From IMG/VR virus record IMGVR_UViG_3300010365_001574: a stretch of DNA of 64,000 nt. One strand, 5' to 3'. This document shows, in pieces, positions 1 to 8,091 of this stretch. How positions within the stretch are numbered: position 1 is the stretch's first letter; each line of letters begins with the position of its first letter. The notes beneath the pieces are model-generated. The model had not been told where the DNA came from, searched no databases, and saw only the letters and a list, made by a program, of their open reading frames with translations. A program made the translations under genes and the position numbers. This DNA is from an uncultured virus (IMG/VR IMGVR_UViG_3300010365_001574). Lineage: Duplodnaviria > Heunggongvirae > Uroviricota > Caudoviricetes.

Positions 1-7
1 AACTTAA

Positions 8-148
8 ATTATTTCATTAACATTTAAATATATGCACACTACTGTAGAAAGTGTACATAAGAATGATGTTAGAAATGTTATCAAATTAATTTATGAAACA
101 CTTCTTAATATTAAAGAAAATCATGATTTTAAATATAATTCTAAATAA
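8..148 (+). pseudogene. C-terminal fragment of an M42-family aminopeptidase
   Basis: Reads IISLTFKYMHTTVESVHKNDVRNVIKLIYETLL, matching the M42 C-terminal pattern ISlPlrYMHTtvE.v...Dv.n.i.L. In-frame TAA at 5-7 separates it from any upstream part. Confidence 0.55.
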
Positions 149-825
149 TTAGAAAGTATTAACTCAACATCTTCTAAATAGGATATTCTTAGTAAGGGTA
201 TCCTATTTTTTTTACAATATTCATTTTTTATTCTATCATTATTTTGTGTAATTTTTAGTGCATCATCACCACCCCAAATAGAAACAGATTCAAAATGTTG
301 TCTACCATCATATTCAATCAATATGTTCATTTTTGGTAAAAAAAAGTCAAATCTCAAATAATTTATATTTTTACAATCATGATAATAATATTCTCTAATA
401 TACTCAATATTATTATTTTTTAAGTAATTTACTATATTTGTAATACCTTTACTTTCTTTTATTATACCTCTCGGTAAATGACCATATAAGTGGTCACTAA
501 TAACCTGTTCATATACTTTATCATCATAAATTAATTTAACTTTACTTTTCATACCATCACACTCAACTAGTGAATAATCAAAAATATTACCAAATAATTC
601 TATTGATTTTTTAATAAAGTTTTCATTTGTTATTTTAAATGGTGCTTTATCAGGTGATTTTCCTTGTAAATGTGCATATGCAAATTGTTCATATATAACA
701 TTATCATAAATTAATTTAATTTTACTTCTTACATTTTTAAAGTCAACTAGTGAGTAATCGTATTTATCACCATGTATTTCTTTAGATTTTTTAATAAACT
801 CTTCACTTGTTAGCCTTCTAGCCAT
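121..825 (-). CDS. Free-standing homing endonuclease, Vsr-like PD-(D/E)XK (DUF559-like) with KYDYS repeats
   Basis: N-terminal FIKKSKEIHGDKYDYSLV repeats; C-terminal LRFDFFLP..LIEYDGRQHF..KNEYC..LLRISY. Confidence 0.8.
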   Translation of the reverse strand: MARRLTSEEFIKKSKEIHGDKYDYSLVDFKNVRSKIKLIYDNVIYEQFAYAHLQGKSPDKAPFKITNENFIKKSIELFGNIFDYSLVECDGMKSKVKLIYDDKVYEQVISDHLYGHLPRGIIKESKGITNIVNYLKNNNIEYIREYYYHDCKNINYLRFDFFLPKMNILIEYDGRQHFESVSIWGGDDALKITQNNDRIKNEYCKKNRIPLLRISYLEDVELILSNYLELYLKS

Positions 826-880
826 AAACTTTTAACTCATTTTTTATTATAATGTATATATAAAAATAACGTGTTCCCCT

Positions 881-1069
881 ATGAAGGAAAGGATAAAAAA
901 AAGTCAATATGAATCAAGTAAAATTTATTCTAAAAATTATAACAAGTTAAATATAAATGTTCAGTTAGATAGAGAATTAATAAATATGTTAAAAGATAAA
1001 CTAAACGGTTCAGTTAGTTTAAAAAATTACCTAGAAGAACTAATTAAAAATAATATCAACACATCTTAA
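881..1069 (+). CDS. Small ribbon-helix-helix-like DNA-binding protein divergent from the endonuclease
   Basis: INVQLDRELINMLKDKL..SLKNYLEELI has the strand-helix-helix pattern; same layout as 18214-18381. Confidence 0.6.
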   Translation: MKERIKKSQYESSKIYSKNYNKLNINVQLDRELINMLKDKLNGSVSLKNYLEELIKNNINTS

Positions 1070-1087
1070 AAAGATGGTTTTTTTATT

Positions 1088-1096
1088 TAATATATA
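1088..1096 (+). promoter_or_regulatory. Putative phage late promoter core TAATATATA (representative copy)
   Basis: The same TAATATATA/TATATATA core precedes many starts (6210, 7016, 11053, 17736, 35501, 42329, 51710); analogous to T4 TATAAATA. Confidence 0.65.
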
Positions 1097-1171
1097 GTTT
1101 ATAAAAAAAATTTGATTGTCCGTAATTACTACAGAAGACAATCAAAAAAATTTATTATTATTATTATTATT

Positions 1172-2389
1172 ATGAAATATTTAAAAACATACCATGAGGC
1201 ATTAAAACCTTCACAATTCCGAAAATATGTTAAAGAATTTGATAGAGATAGATATTCTGAAATATTTAAAGAAATTGGAGATAAATATGATCATGATAAA
1301 AATTATTATCGTGTTTATATTCCACTTGAGAAAAAAAAGTTGACTGGATATATTTCAGATACACATAAAGAAGTTGATAATTTTTTAAAAGAAAATGATT
1401 GTCAAATAATTGATTATGTTAAAGGAAAGGCTAAATTTAATAATTCTAAAAATGAAACAACAATTGGTAAATTACTAACACGTTTAAAAAATGACAAATT
1501 AAATATTGCATTTCAAAGTGATGAAAAAAGAAAAGTATTAACTTCTACAGAAAAAGAAGATCTTTTAGTTGTTATATCAAGACATCCTTATGATATAGCA
1601 GGATCAGATACAGATAGAAATTGGACTAATTGTATGACAATTGGAACAGATAAGTCTAATAGATTAACTAAATTGATGGATGAATATGAAAAAACTGGTG
1701 ATAAAGAAATAAAGAAGAAAATTAATGATTATAAAGAAAATGGTGAAAATGTTAAATATTTGATACATGAAGTTAAAGAAGGATCATTAATTTCTTATTT
1801 AATAAAATCAGATGATAAAAATATTAGTAATCCATTAGCAGTATTAAATATTAAACCGTATGTAAAAGATGAAGAATTTATGTTATCTACTAGTAAAAAC
1901 ATGTATGGAGTTAAAAGACCAGAATTTAAAAACACAGTTGATAACATATTGAGTGAATATTTCAATAAAAGTATAAAACCTGGTGCATATTTCATAAATC
2001 AAAATGTATATAATGATGGTGATTCTGACAGAATTAATTATAATGTATTATATAAAGAGTTAAAAGAATTTTGTGAAAACTCTTTAGCAAATCTATTAGA
2101 TGAGGGTTATGAAATTGATGTAATCAGTGATAATTGGGGATTTAATCAATGTCTTCTAAAATCTACTACCAATAATTTATTTTATTGGAATGATGTAAAG
2201 AATGATTATATTCCATTTCTCCAATTACTATCAGAAAATTATGAAATAGATAATTTTTTGGATGATAAATTAAAACAAGTATCTTTTAGTGGTAATCGTT
2301 ATTCTAAAATAGAAACAATGATTAATGATGAGATTGATAATATAAGTACTTATGGTATAAATATAAAAGTAGTAGATAAAAAGAGATAA
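1172..2389 (+). CDS. Hypothetical protein with CTS-like leader (MKYLKTYHEA), an SRHPYD..WTNC domain and a C-terminal domain shared with 17749-18171
   Basis: ATG at 1172 after a (TTA)n run is preferred over the TTG at 1112; paralogous segments seen by eye. Confidence 0.75.
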   Translation: MKYLKTYHEALKPSQFRKYVKEFDRDRYSEIFKEIGDKYDHDKNYYRVYIPLEKKKLTGYISDTHKEVDNFLKENDCQIIDYVKGKAKFNNSKNETTIGKLLTRLKNDKLNIAFQSDEKRKVLTSTEKEDLLVVISRHPYDIAGSDTDRNWTNCMTIGTDKSNRLTKLMDEYEKTGDKEIKKKINDYKENGENVKYLIHEVKEGSLISYLIKSDDKNISNPLAVLNIKPYVKDEEFMLSTSKNMYGVKRPEFKNTVDNILSEYFNKSIKPGAYFINQNVYNDGDSDRINYNVLYKELKEFCENSLANLLDEGYEIDVISDNWGFNQCLLKSTTNNLFYWNDVKNDYIPFLQLLSENYEIDNFLDDKLKQVSFSGNRYSKIETMINDEIDNISTYGINIKVVDKKR

Positions 2390-2414
2390 AAAACCATCAA
2401 TTTGATGGGTTTTT
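2388..2414. terminator. Bidirectional intrinsic terminator
   Basis: aaaaaaCCATCAAtTTGATGGgttttt hairpin with A/T tails. Confidence 0.75.
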
Positions 2415-2491
2415 ATCTTAGTGTACTAAATACACCATTTTTGAATTGGTTTGGACTCTAAGTAGCACAGATATAGATGAACGTGATAAAT

Positions 2492-2521
2492 AAAAAAGAG
2501 ACTTTAAAAGTCTCTTTTTTT
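2492..2521. terminator. Bidirectional intrinsic terminator
   Basis: aaaaaaGAGACTTtaaAAGTCTCtttttt. Confidence 0.8.
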
Positions 2522-3014
2522 ATTTTCCTAGATAGTTCATTAATTCAACCATATTCTTAATTGCAAATCCAAGTGATTCTAAGTTTTTAACAGTATCTCT
2601 CAAAAACTGAATATGACTTTCTATTATTTCCATTGCTCTTTCATTCTCTGCCAAATGACCATCAATTAAAATACCTTTCTCTCCCATATTAGTTTTAATT
2701 CCAAATCCAGTTGCATAAAAAACAAATCTATCTTGTCTTAATCTTTTTATCTTTGTGGCTTCTTTACTTCTTTTATTAAGAAATAAATTTACTTCTTCAT
2801 TCAATACTTGTCTAAATGAAAGAGCAAGTGCTTGTGTATTTAAAATTTCTTTATGACTTGCAGGTAAACTAAAATCTAATGCCAATGATTTGAATAATGG
2901 ATCTACATTTTTACTCCACTCTATTCTTTTATCATTAAAAAAGTCTTCCATTTTATCATTTACTTCTTTAACTTTAGCAATTCTATCTACTTCTTCTTGA
3001 TTATATAGATTCAT
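2520..3014 (-). CDS. uvsY: UvsY-like recombination mediator
   Basis: Helical protein ending IQFLRDTVKNLESLGFAIKNMVELMNY, like the T4 UvsY C-terminus (FL...k.i..rgf.IKNaie). Confidence 0.6.
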   Translation of the reverse strand: MNLYNQEEVDRIAKVKEVNDKMEDFFNDKRIEWSKNVDPLFKSLALDFSLPASHKEILNTQALALSFRQVLNEEVNLFLNKRSKEATKIKRLRQDRFVFYATGFGIKTNMGEKGILIDGHLAENERAMEIIESHIQFLRDTVKNLESLGFAIKNMVELMNYLGK

Positions 3015-3426
3015 CTTCTTTGATTATTTTTTTAAGCTTATATTCTCTCAATAAGTCTGTCTTTGATAAACCATTATTTATCAAAGTACTTACTTTATTC
3101 TCTAATTTATTTTTTAGGTATTCTTCAAGCAGGTCTGCCCATTTTTGTGTTAGTTCAATGTCTTCAATTAAAACATCATCCATATTGACATTAAGTTCAA
3201 TACAATTATTTCTACAATCTATCAATACATTAATTGAGTTGTAGCTACTATTCTCTGTTAGTATTTGACCAGTTGAACTATTTATGATAGTGTCAGGTTC
3301 TTTGTTCTCTAAATAAAGATTTATTCCAAAGTGTCTAAATCCATATCTCATCTTTTTTGATACTTCTATTCTTTCATCTTCTATATTATCATATAGAAAT
3401 GTTAAAAACTCATCAATTTCATTCAT
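3001..3426 (-). CDS. Hypothetical protein with C-terminal REYKLKKII motif
   Basis: ORF track; motif shared with other small proteins. Confidence 0.7.
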   Translation of the reverse strand: MNEIDEFLTFLYDNIEDERIEVSKKMRYGFRHFGINLYLENKEPDTIINSSTGQILTENSSYNSINVLIDCRNNCIELNVNMDDVLIEDIELTQKWADLLEEYLKNKLENKVSTLINNGLSKTDLLREYKLKKIIKEDESI

Positions 3427-3509
3427 TCATAGGCCAATAATTTTTAATCTCTAATAAATTAAAGATTTATGATTATATATATTTTATCATGTGTTGTTTA
3501 GTCAAAAAG

Positions 3510-3536
3510 AAAAAACCTCACTTAAAGTGAGGTTTT
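3510..3536. terminator. Intrinsic terminator
   Basis: aaaaaaCCTCACTtaaAGTGAGGtttt. Confidence 0.75.
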
Positions 3537-3543
3537 AATTTAT

Positions 3544-4059
3544 TTATTGAAACTTATTTCTTATTTCATCATGACTCATACTATCCCAATCTTCATCCTC
3601 TTCTGGATTACTATGACCAGCTATAAAGTCAAATACTTCTTCAATATCATCTTTAGAACTTGTAATGTGGTCAGATGCCCAATCATGCTCATTTAACATA
3701 GCATCAATTTCAGCTTTATCCATTTGTAGTAATTCATCTACTAATCTTTTGATAGTCTCTAAATTAGAAAAGAACATATAATTACCTTCTTCTTGGTGTT
3801 CTTTAAGACTTTTTAAAGTTTTTGCTAATTCTAATCTTCTTTTCTTAGTAGCATCTTTCTTGTCTAACTGAGTTCCTGGCTTTTTATTATCTTTATCTTT
3901 GGCTTTTAATTTAGATAATTCTTTTTCTATCTCATTTTTAGTTATTTTCTCATCTTTACCTTTACCTAAAGATTTTTTTAGAGATCCTTTATTAGAAATA
4001 GCATCTTTTATCCAGTTTTTCTTCTCATTAAATGAATTAAAATCTTTTATATTCTCCAT
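3544..4059 (-). CDS. Hypothetical protein, basic N-half and acidic C-half, CTS-like leader MENIKDFNSFNE
   Basis: ORF track; TATATA late core upstream. Confidence 0.75.
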   Translation of the reverse strand: MENIKDFNSFNEKKNWIKDAISNKGSLKKSLGKGKDEKITKNEIEKELSKLKAKDKDNKKPGTQLDKKDATKKRRLELAKTLKSLKEHQEEGNYMFFSNLETIKRLVDELLQMDKAEIDAMLNEHDWASDHITSSKDDIEEVFDFIAGHSNPEEDEDWDSMSHDEIRNKFQ

Positions 4060-4138
4060 TTTTTACTATAATTTTTATTTATATATTTATTTCATAAAAT
4101 GACAAAAGGAAGAAGAGTATATATAATATATATATTAT

Positions 4139-4279
4139 ATGGAAAAGAAAAAATATACAAGTATAATGATAAGTTTTGAGTTAAAAAAACTTATGGAGCA
4201 AGAAATAATTAAAAGTGGTATTAAGATGAGTTATTCCCAACTTATAAAATATTTAATAGACAAAAATGGAAAATTATAA
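4139..4279 (+). CDS. 46-aa ribbon-helix-helix-like protein (not in ORF track)
   Basis: MEKKKYTSIMISFELKKLMEQEIIKSGIKMSYSQLIKYLIDKNGKL; overlaps the start of the GIY-YIG gene. Confidence 0.6.
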   Translation: MEKKKYTSIMISFELKKLMEQEIIKSGIKMSYSQLIKYLIDKNGKL

Positions 4280-4946
4280 AATATATGGACTTAAATTAAA
4301 AGATAGTAATGATATAAGATATATTGGATTGACTAAAAAGACATTATTGGATAGATTTAAAAGACATATTAGAATTACATCAAAAATGAATACTAAAAAT
4401 GGAAATTGGATTAATAAGTATAAGGATAATATAGAAATTATATTAATTGAAGAAAATATTAAAACAACAGAGATTGCAAGTGAAAGAGAGATTTATTGGA
4501 TAAAATACTATAAAGAAATTGGTAATGACCTAACCAATGGAACTCTTGGAGGATTTAAAGGAGAACCAACAGAAGAAACTAGAAATAAATTATCGGAATC
4601 ACAAAAAGGTAAAAAATTATCACAAGAAACAAAAGATAAAATAAGAAGTTCACTCATTGGTAGAAACCAAACTTCTGAACATATAGAAAATACAAAAATA
4701 TCAAAAATTGGTTATAAACACTCAGAGGAAGCTAGAGAAAATATAGGTAATTCTAGAAGAAATAAACCATTATTATCAAGTAGAAAAGTAGAAGTTTCTT
4801 ATTTCATAAATGGTGAAATTATAGACATATTTGAAACATATGCAGAATGTGCCAGATTTTTAAATATTAGCAAATCTTGCATATATGATGTGCTACATGG
4901 AAAGTGTAAGAAATCACATGGTTATGTGTTCAGATTTATAGATTAA
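4266..4946 (+). CDS. GIY-YIG homing endonuclease with NUMOD3-like repeats
   Basis: KIYGLK..RYIGLT..RFKRH..REIYWI..LTNGTLGG; HSEEARENI-type repeats. Confidence 0.85.
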   Translation: MENYKIYGLKLKDSNDIRYIGLTKKTLLDRFKRHIRITSKMNTKNGNWINKYKDNIEIILIEENIKTTEIASEREIYWIKYYKEIGNDLTNGTLGGFKGEPTEETRNKLSESQKGKKLSQETKDKIRSSLIGRNQTSEHIENTKISKIGYKHSEEARENIGNSRRNKPLLSSRKVEVSYFINGEIIDIFETYAECARFLNISKSCIYDVLHGKCKKSHGYVFRFID

Positions 4947-4947
4947 A

Positions 4948-5850
4948 TTATAATTTTTTATCCCATAGATAAAGATCATAAATGGCATTTCCTTTAATAT
5001 TTTTAATACTTTTTAAAACATCACCCGTAATTGAATCCATGACTTTAAATATCCCAAGATTTTTTTGTTTATCTGTCAATACTCTCACGGTATTACCCGG
5101 ACTTCCCATTGCACCCAATACTGCAATATATTTATTACCATAGATACTTTTTAAGAATGAAATTCTTAATCCTGCCATATCTTTATTATTATTTACATAA
5201 GCATTCTCAAATGGCTTCATTAAATCTACTTGAGTTTCTGTTTCTTTAACTTGAATAGAAGCAAATGTTTTATCTGGTTGACCAATTGTAACCTCTTCTC
5301 TATTTTGAATTTTATTTTGATTGATAAGAGCTTGTTGGTTTCTTCTAATTTCATTGAAATCAGCTTTAACTATAATACCACCTCTCATACCTTTATCATT
5401 CATATTATAACCTGCTGGTGGTAATCTATAGAATGAACCAGTGAAAGTCATAGAAAGTATTCTATCTGTTCTAAAAAGTCTCCAAATCTTGTTTATATGT
5501 CTTCTTTGAGACACTGACCATCCATTTAAGTGCCATCCTCTCAATAAAACTTTACCTTGTGAAGAACGTCCAAGTACCATTGGATAAATTACTCTCTCAT
5601 GACCTGCAAAGTGTTTATCTTTTTCACCTTTGTAGTTTATAAGAAACATCATACCATATCTAATGGCTTTTCTCATAACTTCATCTGAGTATTTAATAGG
5701 TTCATTAATTGGAATATTTGCAATATCCTTTACATTTTTTAGTGAAAACCTTGGAATATACTCATTATCCTCAATTAAGTTGTAGTGCTCTTTGACAACA
5801 AACTCAACAGGTTTTTTATTATAAAAGTCTCTTGTTTGTGATAAATTCAT
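4948..5850 (-). CDS. WYL-domain protein
   Basis: INYKG..ERVIYPMVLG..LLRGWHL..WRLFRTDRILSM is the WYL signature. Confidence 0.75.
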   Translation of the reverse strand: MNLSQTRDFYNKKPVEFVVKEHYNLIEDNEYIPRFSLKNVKDIANIPINEPIKYSDEVMRKAIRYGMMFLINYKGEKDKHFAGHERVIYPMVLGRSSQGKVLLRGWHLNGWSVSQRRHINKIWRLFRTDRILSMTFTGSFYRLPPAGYNMNDKGMRGGIIVKADFNEIRRNQQALINQNKIQNREEVTIGQPDKTFASIQVKETETQVDLMKPFENAYVNNNKDMAGLRISFLKSIYGNKYIAVLGAMGSPGNTVRVLTDKQKNLGIFKVMDSITGDVLKSIKNIKGNAIYDLYLWDKKL

Positions 5851-5883
5851 AAACTATATATTAAATACATAATTCCTAAAAAC

Positions 5884-5914
5884 AAAAAAGAGAAACATTT
5901 CTGTTTCTCTTTTT
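5884..5914. terminator. Intrinsic terminator
   Basis: aaaaaaGAGAAACAtttcTGTTTCTCttttt. Confidence 0.8.
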
Positions 5915-5933
5915 AGACCAAGCACATTTCTAA

Positions 5934-6125
5934 TTACTTAACAGCAGGAGCTTCTACTTTAGTAGTATCAGCAACTTTAGTTGTGTCAGTAGCAGTTGTA
6001 TCAACTTTAGTAGTATCAACAGCAGTTGAATCAACAGTTGTTGGAGTTTCTACAGTTTCAGTTTTTTTACAAGATGTTACAGTGATTGCAACAATAGCCA
6101 TTAAAGCAAATAATAATTTTTTCAT
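5934..6125 (-). CDS. Small Bacteroidota-type lipoprotein with Thr/Asp-rich repeats
   Basis: MKKLLFALMAIVAITVTS-C lipobox, then repeated VDST/VDTT; start moved to ATG 6125. Confidence 0.8.
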   Translation of the reverse strand: MKKLLFALMAIVAITVTSCKKTETVETPTTVDSTAVDTTKVDTTATDTTKVADTTKVEAPAVK

Positions 6126-6244
6126 AGTTTCTGTTTTTTTAATTTTTTTTACATGATTATATATCATGAAACTTATCTTTTGTTTATAAAAAAAGTGAAA
6201 ATATTTTTTTAATATATAGATGTAATAAAAAACATAAGTTAACA

Positions 6245-6964
6245 ATGTCAATAAGTAGTAGAGAAGATGCAAATAAATATTATCAAGTAGTAAATAAACT
6301 TGTTGATGACTATATGGACAAGTGGAAGATTAGACCTACAAACTTAAAAAGATATTTGAAAACTGGTTCTGATAAGTTTGAGAAGTTCATTGAAAGAAAT
6401 GGATTAAAGGATATTAATGGAATAAAACAAGTTATAAGTGATGTAATTGATGATAGAGTTCATATGGAATCTGATGGTGTTTTAACATTTGAGAGTTTCA
6501 AAGTATTTGAATCTGTAGATTTTAAGTTTACTTCACTTTTACAATGTCTTTATAAAGGAGTTGGTAGAACTGATATTAAAGCAGAGAAATTCTTAGCAGA
6601 CCATTTTGATGCTAATTTAAGTCAAATAGATATAGTTGATTCTGATAAACACTTATTCAAAGTAACAAACTGGGAAAATGATGATTTATTGGTAATTGTT
6701 TATAATAAAGATGAGATGGATATTATCAAAGGTAATATTGTAGAATATTTAACAGATGAGTTATTAAAAGAAGAAGTTGATTTATTAGGTCTTCCAGTAA
6801 TATTAAGTAATATAGTTGATAAGTCTAAAGCAGAAAGTTATATAGAATCTCAATTAGATGATGATAGAATTACAGACTTGATAAATAATTCACTTGAAAA
6901 TAACTTCACTAAGTTTAATTTTGAGAAAACTGATGATTTTTATCTTTGGAGTAAAAAAGAGTAA
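6245..6964 (+). CDS. Hypothetical protein (late)
   Basis: ORF track; late core at 6210; internal CTS-like VLTFESFKVFES. Confidence 0.75.
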   Translation: MSISSREDANKYYQVVNKLVDDYMDKWKIRPTNLKRYLKTGSDKFEKFIERNGLKDINGIKQVISDVIDDRVHMESDGVLTFESFKVFESVDFKFTSLLQCLYKGVGRTDIKAEKFLADHFDANLSQIDIVDSDKHLFKVTNWENDDLLVIVYNKDEMDIIKGNIVEYLTDELLKEEVDLLGLPVILSNIVDKSKAESYIESQLDDDRITDLINNSLENNFTKFNFEKTDDFYLWSKKE

Positions 6965-6967
6965 TAT

Positions 6968-6994
6968 AAAAAAGAGAGTTTAACTCTCTTTTTT
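6968..6994. terminator. Intrinsic terminator
   Basis: aaaaaaGAGAGTTtAACTCTCtttttt. Confidence 0.75.
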
Positions 6995-7043
6995 ATTTTT
7001 ATGGAAATAATATTTTAATATATACATAAAAACAAATTAATCT

Positions 7044-8075
7044 ATGGCTCTTTTATATGGATATGGAACTGGAAGTAATATTGAATCATTTCGTTATGAT
7101 GAGGTTGCTAATTTATTAAATCAAATTCCTAATAATACTTTAAATTTAGTTAAGGCCTCTGATGTTAGAGATTCTGTATTTACTCTTTGGGAAAGAATAA
7201 ACGATTTAAGTGCTATTGTTGCATCAGCATCAGCTACACCTACAACATATATGAATCCAGACCCAACAACAGTTACTGTTGGTGGAGTTGTCTCAGGAAC
7301 AACATTTCCTACACCACAGACAATTCAACAAATGTTTGATGCTATTTTATATCCTTATGCATCACCAATTCCATCACTTAGTGTAGTTGGTTCTATTTCA
7401 AGTACAATACCAATAAGTACTCAAAAAGAGTATGGACAATCATTGTCAACTATTCTTTACTGGACAGCAACAAAAAAATCAAATCCAATACTAAGTATTG
7501 TTGTTAATGGAACAACAATTTCACCAATTACAGGAAACACACAAGTTGGTTGGAGAGTTGCATCAGGAACTTATAGTTTTCCACTACTTGCAAGTACAAA
7601 TAATAGCTTTATAATGACTGTAAATGACGGAACTGGAGGAAATACAACAGGTACTTCAATAACATGGGTAAATAGAATATATTGGGGATCCATTGATTTA
7701 AGTGGTCTTACTTATCCTAATCCAGATTTAACATTAAATCCATCATATACAACATATGTAACTGCAATAGTAACAAGTAATCTTATAAAGGCATTAAATG
7801 GAGCTGGAGTTGGTTCTGGAAGTGAACTATCAGCAACTAAGAATAAAACATATAGTGCAATTAATGCAAATGGTAAATATTTAATATTTGCTTGGCCAAG
7901 TTCAGTAAGTGGTGCATTAGTACCAACCTTTACAGTTAATGGATTAGCAAATACCGCATTTACAAGAGTTAAAACTGCTTGGGCATTTACCAATACATAT
8001 AATGTGACAACAAACTTTGAAGTTTGGGTAAGTAATACTGCATATAATTCAGCAGCAAATGTAATAGTAAGTTAA
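7044..8075 (+). CDS. Virion structural protein (tail/baseplate, Ig-like beta-rich)
   Basis: Thr/Ser/Gly-rich beta composition; VGGVVSGTTF and QQMFDAILYPY motifs; adjacent to the fibre gene. Confidence 0.6.
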   Translation: MALLYGYGTGSNIESFRYDEVANLLNQIPNNTLNLVKASDVRDSVFTLWERINDLSAIVASASATPTTYMNPDPTTVTVGGVVSGTTFPTPQTIQQMFDAILYPYASPIPSLSVVGSISSTIPISTQKEYGQSLSTILYWTATKKSNPILSIVVNGTTISPITGNTQVGWRVASGTYSFPLLASTNNSFIMTVNDGTGGNTTGTSITWVNRIYWGSIDLSGLTYPNPDLTLNPSYTTYVTAIVTSNLIKALNGAGVGSGSELSATKNKTYSAINANGKYLIFAWPSSVSGALVPTFTVNGLANTAFTRVKTAWAFTNTYNVTTNFEVWVSNTAYNSAANVIVS

Positions 8076-8091
8076 AAAAATATAAATAAAA

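Noticed and set aside
1152..1173. (TTA)n microsatellite as a phase-variation switch
   Set aside because: Lies upstream of the likely ATG, and triplet changes would not shift frame; AT-rich background.
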